Source of the DNA: an uncultured virus (IMG/VR IMGVR_UViG_3300025421_000001)
Taxonomy: Duplodnaviria; Heunggongvirae; Uroviricota; Caudoviricetes
Length of the DNA stretch: 64,000 nt
Virus record (IMG/VR): IMGVR_UViG_3300025421_000001
Direction: 5' to 3' (one strand)
A model generated the notes under the pieces. It did not search any database, was not told the DNA's origin, and saw only the letters and a program-made list of their open reading frames with translations. Shown here piece by piece: positions 50,098 to 60,220 of the stretch. Position 1 is the first letter of the stretch; each line of letters begins with the position of its first letter. The position numbers and the translations under genes were made by a program.

Positions 50098-50514
50098 GCT
50101 GATCCTTCCTGATCAGGGATTATATAAAAGTACCTTCTGAAGCATGTACTTGGCTTTTTGCGTTAAGGGAAGGTACTTTAAACCCCTATAAACACCCACT
50201 CCAAAAAAGGCGGGGGGAAACGACTCACAGATGATCAGGGGCTCCAATTACCACATGTACATGATACGCTCATACAACCACGCCCCCCTCATATTTGGTA
50301 TCTAACTAGAACCCCATAACAATTTTTATTTTCCAAAAGCTAGTTCTTATCGTATGGCACAGTATCAATGCAATACGAATAGATATATCAATAGGGATAG
50401 GAATATAGGATGGGGGGTAATGCTTTTGCGCCAATAAAAGCTGCTTCACGCGCGTATAGGGTACTTTATTATACGAAAACCCCCTATATATGTACTAATA
50501 GATCAATAAGGTAC

Positions 50515-50543
50515 TTGACAACGGTGCAATTCCTTGATATATT
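50515..50543 (+). promoter_or_regulatory. Sigma70-type promoter facing a non-coding repeat array
   Basis: TTGACA-17 nt-TATATT. Confidence 0.6.
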
Positions 50544-50771
50544 GTACTATTATGGGATAAATCTATACTTAAAATATAAAAATGTGACAGAATTTTTGTA
50601 CCAGGATTTGAGCATATTCTCTAAATATAAATTCTTGTCGCAGGATTTTTTGTACCAGCATTGGTACGTGTAGGGATAATACCTTGTATATGCCTATTGC
50701 CCTAAATATAAATTCTTGTCAGAAGTTTTTGTACCACCTTCCGGCCCCCTGGAGATTAGCTGATCCCTCAG

Positions 50772-51185
50772 CTACCCCAGATCCTCAAGGGTTACCGGTC
50801 GGTAATTAATTTCTTCCAAGGCTGAGTCGAGCTCATCTAATAATAGATCTGTTCTTTCAGCTAGATGCTCCCGAATTCCAGCTTCGTCCCATCTTTCAAG
50901 CATTTCTTCCGCCTCCTCGTCCGTTTGGACGGGATCAGCGTATACATGTACATTACCCGTGAGTAATACTGTATTCATTAGATCTATATTGATGAACCAT
51001 CCGGTGTCTGAGTCCCATGTGACTACAAAGTGATGTTCTTCCCTCATTTAGTATTCAGGCTCAGCATAGGTTGGTGCGCATTCGCGGGACATTACTCCGT
51101 CCAGGTTGTGGTACCACAGCTTAACCCCATCAGCATCAAGTGCGCTAATTTGATCGCCGCAATTACGGCATTCTACTACTGGCAT
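50772..51185 (-). CDS. Two small ORFs (51048..51185 Zn-finger-like; 50772..51047 acidic)
   Basis: 50772..51047 (HHFVVTWDSDTGWFI) is paralogous to 51742..51951 (HYFVVAWDEKQGWFI). Confidence 0.6.
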
Positions 51186-51412
51186 ATTAGGTTCTCCTAT
51201 CCCCTATATTATTACATTACTATATTTGTTTATGATCTGTCAAATCGTTAAATATGATTTCTTGTCAAAAATTTTTGTGCCACCTCCGCGGGCTCCTTAG
51301 ATCAAAAATGATTAGTTACCGCTCAGTAACCAATAAAAGCTTGTGTTAAGCTGAAATCCCCAGATCTTCTAAAGCCTGGATTCTGGCTGCATTCTAGTTA
51401 CTGGTCAGTAAC

Positions 51413-52425
51413 CTAAACAGGGTACAAAACCTCCATAAGCTCACGAGCATCCTCCAGGGCAGCGTATATGTATTCATATTCAGCTTCATCAAAAAGATCC
51501 TGATGAATGCTCGACTCTATGTTCTGAATCATAGAGTGAACGTTGCAGAGCCGTTTGGCTAGCTCATTCATTCGGTCACCTCCTCTACGTGAGCCTCAGC
51601 CCATTTTAAGGCGTCGTATAGATCAACCCCTCCATTTAAAGCCATTTGATGGGCGGCATCGATTGCCTCATCCTCGTCCGCGGCGTTTACGGTAAATCTA
51701 ATGCTATTGAGATCTAATAAAACCTCGTAAGTGTTTTTCATTTATTCTCCTTTGTTTATTTTTTCGAATGCTTTACTTAAATCAGAATACAATGATGCGT
51801 CTCGAAGACACAAATCCTCTGGGACGTTTGTAAATTGACAGGCGTCTTCATCATAGAAAAGACCATCCCTCATGACATTCTCAGCCATGTCTTGATCTAT
51901 AAACCATCCTTGCTTTTCATCCCATGCAACTACAAAATAGTGTTGACTCATTATTTGCCCCTTACTATGGCACCACAATTAATGCATTGAACCACATCAT
52001 TTTGACCTAATTCAACCTCGTAATAGTTCTCCAAATCCAAACAACAGTCTTTGCAAACTATACGCCTGGTTTCCCAATCTGAATAAACAATCATTTATCT
52101 AACCCCTTCCAGTCGTCCCCAATGTAACGAATGTAAAACTCTGTTGGGTCGTTATCTAACAACTCCAACTGCGCCTCTGTCATTTCACTATCATCAAAAA
52201 TAACAAGGTCGTATTCTTCTGCGGAACCATAGTTACCGTCATAGCCAACATAAAGTTTGCTCATTGCTGAACCTCATCTATCTTTGTTTCGTGTCCATCA
52301 AGATCTATTTCCCAATCAGCCCAAAGTGATTCAGCGTATTCCTCAGCGGTTTTGCCGCTGGGAATGTCGCTGTCATCAAAAAAGGCATAAAACGTTGCTG
52401 TGTATTCAACCTCATACTTTTTCAT
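51413..52425 (-). CDS. Six coupled small ORFs, mostly acidic (52261..52425, 52091..52264, 51951..52094, 51742..51951, 51568..51741, 51413..51571)
   Basis: Manual translation; ATGA/TAATG overlaps or abutting ends throughout. Confidence 0.65.
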
Positions 52426-53054
52426 ACTGAAGCCTTTTCTCGTGGGCAGTCATCAAATAAGTATTCTTCTTCATAACCTTCAGAACAACGACAAGAATCA
52501 GCATCACCACGTTCTACGTAATCAGCGTGTGATTCTGGGATGTCGTATTCAGTAGTGGTTATTTCTCCGTTGGAATCAAGTTCAACTTCTCCACCCCAAC
52601 CTTGTTCCTCACGATACGTCCAACACATTTCCAAATTATTGGTTCTGCAAATCTCAACCAGTTTGTTCATGATTGGTTGTGGCGGTGACCAAGGCGTGTC
52701 AAAGTCAATAGAAAGAGTGGCAATACCGTTTTCAACCTCAAACCATTTATTGGTTTCGCTGGCATCCCATTTGCAACCCCAGTTATTAACGTTCCAGTTG
52801 TACCAGTTGTTCTCAGACTTCATGCCTTCTGAATCACAAGTGCTGTAATACTCATCACGTATTTCTTCTGGGATTGGAATCACATTCTGAAATGAAATAC
52901 ATTCAGGCGTGTATTCCTTAAATGTAAGTGGTTCTACTTGTTTGTAGCCATCCATAACTGGAACTTGGATTGGCTTGCGCAACTGCTCACGCAAGGCAAT
53001 TACTGCATTCTCGTTGCCAGTAATACTTATTGTGTTAGATACCCAATTCGGCAT
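52422..53054 (-). CDS. DUF1281/YubB ferredoxin-like protein
   Basis: MPNWVSN..WYNWNVNNWGCKWD..FDTPWSPP; upstream TTGACA-17-TAGTGT promoter. Confidence 0.75.
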   Translation of the reverse strand: MPNWVSNTISITGNENAVIALREQLRKPIQVPVMDGYKQVEPLTFKEYTPECISFQNVIPIPEEIRDEYYSTCDSEGMKSENNWYNWNVNNWGCKWDASETNKWFEVENGIATLSIDFDTPWSPPQPIMNKLVEICRTNNLEMCWTYREEQGWGGEVELDSNGEITTTEYDIPESHADYVERGDADSCRCSEGYEEEYLFDDCPREKASV

Positions 53055-53520
53055 TATTGCTCCTTTTATTAGTTAGTTAATTCCTTCTCCCAGAACACTA
53101 ACAGATTCACAAATGTTTGTCAAATACTTAAATACATTTTTTTGTCAAAAGTTTTTGTACCAGTTGGTTGAGGATCTGAGAAAGATCTAAAAAAACATTT
53201 AACCCGAAAGCTCGCAGCAAGGATTCTTTTAGGAAAACCCTCGATTCTTGTTACTCACCAGTAACTTATTCCTATCTGCATAGGAGAAAATTACTCTTTA
53301 GTAACTAAACTTTTAGATCTTTACAATTCAAGCTGAATTATCAGCTAGCTTAAGCAGCTAAGAGCTAATTTTCTATAGATCGACCCTTTTCAGGCGATCT
53401 TGTTTCAGGGTGATCTGTGAAACATTTTAAAAATATTCAACATTGTTATTAATTATTGTGATAATGTTGTTACATCAGCAAGTAACAATGCTTGTTGATA
53501 ATAAATAGAAGGAATTTATT

Positions 53521-54264
53521 ATGGAAGGCATTAGCCCAGTAGTACCAGCAGTATCCCTGCCGAAGTGTTGGCAAGACTTTAACGATGTAATCAATGCAGG
53601 TGTTGACCGAGTTATCTTGTTTGGCGCTCCCGGCACTGGTAAGACTTACGGTGGACTCACACTTGGTGTTGGCGATGGCGGTTCGTTTCGTCTTATCTGC
53701 ACCGAGGACATGACCACTGCACAAGTATCAGGTGCGTTCATGCCCGACGCTGACGGTTTCAAGTTCATGGAAGGTTCAGCACTTCGTGCGTGGAAGGGTA
53801 ACGGACAAGTAGGTGGTCGTTTGGTCGTTGACGAAGTTGACAAGGCAAGTGGTGACGTGTTTGGTGAGTTGCTTAACTTTCTCGACAGCACTGACAGTTC
53901 ATCGTTCGCTCACCCCGAGACCAACGAAGTTTTCACACCGTTGTCAGGTTTCAGTGCAGTTATGACTTCGAACATCGAACACCCTGACGATTTGCCAATG
54001 GCGTTGCGTGACCGTTTCCCAGTTGCAATTGAGATTAACGCTCCGCACCCGAACGCATTGTTGTCACTGCCAGTTGAGTTGCGACCTATTGCAAGTGCAA
54101 TTATTAGCGCCGAACCCGGTCGTCGTGTTTCGTTGCGTGCGTTCTATTCTTACAACACGTTGCTTAAGTCGGGAATGACAATGGAACGTGCAAGTGTAAT
54201 GGCGTTTGGTGCGCAGAAGTCAGAAGCAATTATCGACGCTATTCGTGTTGGGTCGTTGTCATAA
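53521..54264 (+). CDS. MoxR/CbbQ-like AAA+ ATPase
   Basis: GAPGTGKT, VVDEVD, ALRDRF. Confidence 0.88.
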   Translation: MEGISPVVPAVSLPKCWQDFNDVINAGVDRVILFGAPGTGKTYGGLTLGVGDGGSFRLICTEDMTTAQVSGAFMPDADGFKFMEGSALRAWKGNGQVGGRLVVDEVDKASGDVFGELLNFLDSTDSSSFAHPETNEVFTPLSGFSAVMTSNIEHPDDLPMALRDRFPVAIEINAPHPNALLSLPVELRPIASAIISAEPGRRVSLRAFYSYNTLLKSGMTMERASVMAFGAQKSEAIIDAIRVGSLS

Positions 54265-55676
54265 TGACGACCCAGCACGCACAGAAGCGTCGGGAGCAAG
54301 TTGTTACTTTTCCCGAAGTCATTACTTCGTATCGTAACGATGGCACAGAAGTAACACGTTGGAAAGTTGACGAAGGGTCAACAAGTCGTGGTGACGCTTA
54401 CACGAATTTTAAAGACAACGTGTTGCGCATTCCACTTATCAACGATGACGTTGCACGAGTAGTACGTGCGCACGAAGCGGTTCACGTTCGTGTCTCACCT
54501 AACAACATGGAAATGTTTGCGAAGTTCTGCGAACGGTTTGGTTTTAGTGACCGAGTTGTTAAGACTGCCGAGGAACATCGTGTCAACACTATTGTTGGCC
54601 GACTTGGTTACGACCTTAATTTTTTACGTGACGGTAGTGAGAAGGAATCGGGCAAGCGTGGTGCGAAGGAAGCACAGAAGTCGGTGCAAGCGTATAACGA
54701 ACTAATGGCGTTTGGTGCTGGCCTTGTTGGCACTAAAGCGTTTCGTGACTACATCGTTGGCGTTCGATCTGTTGACAAGGACATGGCGTTAAAACTTCGT
54801 GAGATGGAACTTGCAATTCTAAAGATTACTAAGCGTACGCACATTCAGAATCTTGGTAACACTGAATTGAGTAACTTCGATGACATCACACTTGGTCGTG
54901 GTTTCCTGCGTTACACAAGGCAGATAGCAGAAGTCATTAACGATTATCAAAAGTACGAAGGTAACGAAAATGAATTTGAATCAGTTAAGGGTTCGTCAGG
55001 TGTTGACTACAAGGTTGGTGGTAGCGATGGTTTCGCACCGTTGCGACTCGACCACACTTTGCTATGCGACCAACAAGTAAAAGGTCACCTAGCACGTCGC
55101 AAGCGTTCAGCGTCAACTGGCAAGCGTGTCTTGTATCCATCACGTTTGCTCACTGACCCACACAAGCGAATCTTTAGTCAGAAGCCACGTAACAATGGTG
55201 GCGTTGTTGTTATTGACTGCTCGGGTTCAATGAGTTTAACAACTGCCGACGTAGACAAGTTCTTGGAACTTGCTCCCGGCGCATTGGTCATCGCTTACTC
55301 GCATTCAAGCAAGCACCCTAATCGACCTAACGCTTGGGTTATCGCTAATCGTGGCAAGCGTGCAAGTGACATTACACGTTGCACGCAGAACATGGGTAAC
55401 GGTGTAGATGGCCCGGCATTAGAGTTTGCTATCAGCAAGCGACGTGGTAGCGAACCTCTAATTTGGATTTGCGACGGTCAAGTTACAAGTGCGAATGACA
55501 ATGGTAATGACGAATTAGCGCAAGCGTGCGCCAAGATGGTCATTAAGCACAGCATTATTGTTGCTCCGACTGTTGAATTAGGAATCAAGGCGCTGGCACT
55601 TGGCAAGTCGGCACGCTCCGACGTTCGTGGTTGGGTTGGTAAGTACGTACCTAAGTCGAAGGGTGGGAAAGGATAA
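54264..55676 (+). CDS. VWA-domain partner protein with HExxH motif
   Basis: HEAVH; MIDAS DCSGSM; ICDG. Confidence 0.82.
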   Translation: MTTQHAQKRREQVVTFPEVITSYRNDGTEVTRWKVDEGSTSRGDAYTNFKDNVLRIPLINDDVARVVRAHEAVHVRVSPNNMEMFAKFCERFGFSDRVVKTAEEHRVNTIVGRLGYDLNFLRDGSEKESGKRGAKEAQKSVQAYNELMAFGAGLVGTKAFRDYIVGVRSVDKDMALKLREMELAILKITKRTHIQNLGNTELSNFDDITLGRGFLRYTRQIAEVINDYQKYEGNENEFESVKGSSGVDYKVGGSDGFAPLRLDHTLLCDQQVKGHLARRKRSASTGKRVLYPSRLLTDPHKRIFSQKPRNNGGVVVIDCSGSMSLTTADVDKFLELAPGALVIAYSHSSKHPNRPNAWVIANRGKRASDITRCTQNMGNGVDGPALEFAISKRRGSEPLIWICDGQVTSANDNGNDELAQACAKMVIKHSIIVAPTVELGIKALALGKSARSDVRGWVGKYVPKSKGGKG

Positions 55677-55719
55677 TTACCTACAAGTTCAGACGATTAA
55701 AAATGCTATCCTTCGCATT

Positions 55720-55753
55720 GCCCCCGGGTTCGCCCGGGGGTTCGTCGTTTCTT
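55720..55753 (+). terminator. Intrinsic terminator
   Basis: CCCCCGGG-TTCG-CCCGGGGG followed by a T-rich tract. Confidence 0.8.
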
Positions 55754-55921
55754 AAATACATTTTCTTGTCGAAAATTTTTAACACTAATCAAAGCTAAAT
55801 ATATTTTCTTGTCAAAAATTTTACGCCAGTTTGGCAGAATCCTTCAGGGGATACATATATATCGATCGACCCTTGTTGAAAATTAAGCTTGCTGAAGATC
55901 CTAGCTATTCAGCAGCGGAGA

Positions 55922-55960
55922 TAAAAAGATAACCCCGAGCAGTTACGCTCGGGGCTATCC
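55922..55960 (-). terminator. Intrinsic terminator
   Basis: CCCCGAGC / GCTCGGGG stem; A-tract on the + strand left side. Confidence 0.7.
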
Positions 55961-55969
55961 TGGTAATTT

Positions 55970-56555
55970 TTACAGATCGTAAAATAGGTGACCTGCTCCA
56001 TTCCCTTCAGGGTCAGAACTAGGAATTATGTAAGACATGTCATCAAAGAAAATAGCCATAGGAATAGTTCCATGGTGTCCCGTTTCATTCCATCCCATGC
56101 CTTCGATCTCATCCGCTCCTAATGGTCTTACCTGAATAATGGTCTTACCGACTAAAGATCCATACTCTTTATCTATGTAATCTTTGTAATCTGTTTTCAT
56201 TATTACCCCCTTACGCTCTAACACGTAAGAAGGCAATAATGAAACGCTCGAAATCCCATTCCATGTCTAAGTCATCAACTCTAACTGACTTGGTGTCATG
56301 GTTGACATAAACATTACGCCATGAATCAAAACTAATTGAAGTAGAGATACCAAAACCAGTTTCGGACATCACGTTATCTTGTATCATCTCGCTAAAGACA
56401 ATGCGGTTTAGGTAAGGCTCATCATCCCATCTACCACGCCCACGCTCTAAAGCGCTTGCTACTGTTTGCGGTAATTCGCTTGCTCCCCAGTGAGAATAGA
56501 AACAAATGTCCGAACCGCCCTGCTTTTGCATTACTACAGTTCCACGGTCTCCCAT
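55970..56555 (-). CDS. Two hypothetical proteins (56211..56555; 55970..~56200)
   Basis: GGAAAGG SD; MGDRG..YSHWG N-terminus. Confidence 0.65.
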
Positions 56556-56631
56556 AAAACCCCTTTCCGTAATAGCACTTTGCCATTACATAATTATTAT
56601 ACCAAATAATTTATACTTGCGCATGTATCTA

Positions 56632-56672
56632 AAAAGCAAAATCCCCCCACCCTAAAAAGGTGAGGGGATAAA
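56632..56672 (-). terminator. Intrinsic terminator
   Basis: ATCCCC.CACC / GGTGAGGGGAT stem. Confidence 0.7.
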
Positions 56673-56681
56673 AGCTCTAGA

Positions 56682-57256
56682 TCACTTTGGCACTTTATAG
56701 TTAAATACTCCATTCTTTAACGCCTCAAAACCATGCTGTGCCATAGCCATAGCGTGATTACACGCCTTAGCGCCATACTGCTTTATACACTCCATGCCGC
56801 CAATAGCAAAATTATGCACTGCTTGTGCATAGGTTAGTTTGCATGAATAGTAAAGTCCTGAATGATGACAAATGTGTTCTGTTATTGTTTTCATTATTCC
56901 CCCAACTTAATTAGGTAACTTTGCTTGGTGTAATTCGTAAGTGTTTGCACTTGATTGTCATCAAGTCCAACAGTGTTTCCCTCGCTGTCCGTAAGCATGC
57001 TTGTAAAAACAACATTCCCCGAAATGTAATCTTTAACATCATACTCATTCATGAATAATGAGGTCGCTGTAGGATTCTGATCGAAACCCATGTATCTGTA
57101 TTCCTCATTTACCCACATAGTTACATTTAGCGAAGGTAGGTCAATGGCTTCAATAAGACCCTCAACTGTTTCGCTCAATAGTTTGTATGCGTTCGACTTG
57201 TCGAACTCAATGAGTGTTTTAATTCCATCAGTATTCATTGTTATTGCTTGCATCAC
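56682..57256 (-). CDS. DUF3846-like protein (56894..57256) and a 70-aa protein (56682..56894)
   Basis: VEGLIE..MWVNEE..N.TA..I.GNVVF. Confidence 0.65.
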
Positions 57257-57326
57257 TGCCTTTCCGTAATCGCTCTTTGCGGTTACGTAATAAAATTAAC
57301 ATAAACAATTAAACAAGTCAAGCACC

Positions 57327-57429
57327 AAAAGAAAACCCCTAGCCGAAGTAGCTAGGGGTTTCCAGGGGGATCTTTGTTAGGTATTGGAAAGGCGGGCGGG
57401 CGCACCTATTTACATAGGCACACCCACCC
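57327..57429 (-). ncRNA. Candidate structured 3'-UTR/small RNA: 16-bp GNRA hairpin, anti-SD linker, terminator
   Basis: GGGUGGGUGUGCCUAU-GUAA-AUAGGUGCGCCCGCCC, then GCCUUUCC, then AAACCCCUAGC/GCUAGGGGUUUUCUUUU. Confidence 0.5.
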
Positions 57430-57442
57430 TAGCGCACATTAC

Positions 57443-59991
57443 CTAGCGCCTATGTGTCACTGCCAAGTATCCAACATAGATACCGACAATGCCAACGAAC
57501 AACGAGGGGAGAATACTATCTACCCACTGTACGACAATACTACAATTATTAAAGGGTATGCGTTCTTGTGTCCAAAAGAACATTAAAGCGTATGAAATCA
57601 TTCCTACCGACCAGACAAAATAACGCTCGGCAAATGTTCCTTTTCGGTTTCTCCTAGTCATCAGCCAGCCACCTCGTAATCGTCACAAGCCCGAGCAACC
57701 GCATCACTAAGTTCCTCGCATAATGCGCTTAGTTCGTAGGGGCTCAAGTTTGCAACCATAGCCTCGGTCAGTTCAGCAAACCAAACGACCTCGGTGCCAT
57801 CAGCACCAAATGTTTTTACTTCACTCATAATGCTCCTTTTCTTGTAATTTTTAATACTTACAAATTGTATCACTTAAAAAACTTAAAATACATTTTCTTG
57901 TCAAAATTTTTTATACCAGCGCTTCAGCGCTATCCCCTCCGTCAGTGATCCGCACTGCCTCGCACTGCCTCGCAGATCGACCCCGGCAGCGAGATCCCGC
58001 CAAAGCTAGAGCGAGGGGGAGTGCCCCCCTCGCTCCTACCTTGTGCCTTTTCTTTTCTTAAATGCTCATAGCCTCTAACATTTCCCGAGCCTCTACCTCT
58101 TGTGCCTCTTTCTCCGAGACCGCCAGCGAGGCGAGGAAGTTACGGTATTCATTGAATGAATCAAAAGTAATCATGAGACCAGCGATTACGATAACGTAGT
58201 TCTTATCTCCCTCGTCATTTACAAAACTTGAATAGAAAGAATGGATCTTGCTGGTCTTGTCATGTTCCCAATAGCCATAATCCCTCTTATCTAATTCAAT
58301 GCTTACTGTGTTTGCTTGCATTGGTAATGCCTTTCCTTTAGTGGTTATTTACTACCCTTTATTCTTATCACAGTTTCTACGTCTTATAGTGTTATTTATT
58401 GCATTTATTTTATTACAATTATGTAACAAAAAAACTACCCTCTAAAATCGTTTTTTAGAGACTTAAAAAGTAATCTAATAGGAAAGTATTGGCTCCGCTG
58501 CAGGGTGTCGAAAATCGTGATCTAGGCTGATCTAAGCTGAAAATGAAACAAGGGGGGCATTTAGCCCCCCCCTCATTCATTTTTTTAACTGTTTAAGCAT
58601 TCATTAAGGCGTTTAGTTCATTTATTGCGTTAGCGGATTGTAGGATTCTTTCGTAAGCCTCTCTCTTAGTACGGTAGCCCATTCCACCCGAGCCCCTGAA
58701 ACCTGGCAAATCATGTAGCCATTCTCTTTTAGGCGTTTCAATAAATCTAACAAAGTAAAAATTATTACCATAAGGGGCGGTTACACAAGCCCCCTCTAAC
58801 TGTTCACCTTTCATTCCTGCATTCTTGCAAGCGTTAAGGTAAAAAGTAATAGCCTGCCCTAATCTTTCGTTAGTAATTCGATCTTGTGCCATTAGTAGCC
58901 TAGCCATTCCATGAAAGGGCCCCAAGTAAAAACCTCTCCCCCCTCATTGTATGGCTCAGATAGTAAGACCCCGAAATCCTCGGCGGAAGCATAAACACCC
59001 CCTACGCCTAAGCCATGCTCTACACATAACCGCTTAACCTCTGCAAGCGTTAAAGTCTCGTCATAATCTCTACTTAAAATTGTTTCGCTGTAATTCTTTC
59101 CCATTAGAACTTGCCCCCTCTCATAATAAAGTATTGAGCCCATGAGCCTATGCTACCCCCGATTAAAAAAAATGCTAATTCTCTCATTAGTAACCTGCCT
59201 CATTTATTTTAATCTCCGCAAACTTCTCAAGTAATTCTACTATGGTTTCACGTGGCAAATTGTCGCAAACGTAATCCGCAAACTCGTTTGACTCCGCCAA
59301 GTTCTCTAGCCAGTCGCTGTAATCTTGTTTCATTAGTAATGCCTTTCCTTTATTTTATGACCACCCCAAAGATAAAAAATCTAGCCAATTTTTTTAAGCC
59401 AGCATTTTTAGCTTGTTAGTGATCTTTAGTAGGGTGACTTGTGTCACCCCCGAGAAACCGCCCCCCTCGGGGCGAATCCTCGGGCGTGCGCCCCCCCCCG
59501 AGAGAGGGGGGGGCATTATCCGCCCTACTTGGTCAAATCTAGGGTAGTCCACCTTTCTACGCCGTCTACATCTAGGCAGATACTAAAGAGGTTAGGCATT
59601 ACACGCCCTGCCTTGTTATAGCGTCTATCTATGCGCTGAACTATGCCAGTCACCTTAGAATCCTGACTAGTAAAAGGCTTCCCTACCTGAACAGTGAGAC
59701 CGTCACGCTGAATGCGGTTAAAGGTCATTACGCTACGCCCTGCTGTGGTGGTGTATTTAGGCATGATTAGTTACCACCCTTGCGAGACTTAGCCCATAGT
59801 GAATCGGTAAATGGTTGAATGCTTGCATTTAATTCTTTCTCATCTGTGCAGGTGTCACAGTAAGTAAAGACGCCATCTTCTAAATCCCAACATTCACCGC
59901 CACAAGGTGGCGTTAATGCCTTACCTGCCATCTGCCAGAATCTGGCTACATCTTGTCGCTTGTTGTTTTCGCTGTATTCATAGTGTTTCAT
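57443..59991 (-). CDS. Series of small leftward ORFs (57443..57661, 57661..~57828, 58058..58321, 58593..~58892, 58892..~59104, 59187..59333, 59525..59764, 59767..59991)
   Basis: Several have AAGGAAAGG or GGAG SDs; GC hairpins separate the units at about 58010, 58550 and 59490. Confidence 0.6.
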
Positions 59992-60158
59992 GGTACTACC
60001 TTTCCTTTATTTTTAAGGGTTTTAGTGCCCTTATGTAAATAATCATAACATGGTTTTAGGGTCATAGTGTTTGTTTTAGTGTTTTCTTATGTTTTTTTAT
60101 TGTTACAATTTCTAAGGGGTTTCGTAACATAGCTTGTTACTAATTCCATAGGACAATT

Positions 60159-60220
60159 CCCCCCCCTGACACCTGACCCCCTGACCCCCTGCCCCCTGAC
60201 CCCCTGCCCCCCTGCCCCCT
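60159..60220 (+). repeat. C-rich tandem repeat (CCCCCTG[A])n
   Basis: About 8 imperfect units; G5 runs on the minus strand. Confidence 0.9.

Larger units (their letters stand above)
50572..57918 (+). repeat. Dispersed ~34-bp motif TAAATAYAWTTTCTTGTCRAAAWTTTTTGTACCA, 8 same-strand copies
   Basis: Copies at about 50572, 50622, 50703, 51249, 53129, 55753, 55796 and 57886. Confidence 0.85.

Noticed and set aside
50410..50673. 87-aa ORF in the track
   Set aside because: It runs through a promoter and the repeat array, with Tyr/Phe-biased composition typical of non-coding AT-rich DNA
50572..50736. Mini-CRISPR array
   Set aside because: Repeats are degenerate, spacers are unequal (about 18 and 45 nt), further copies are dispersed singly, and no cas genes are present
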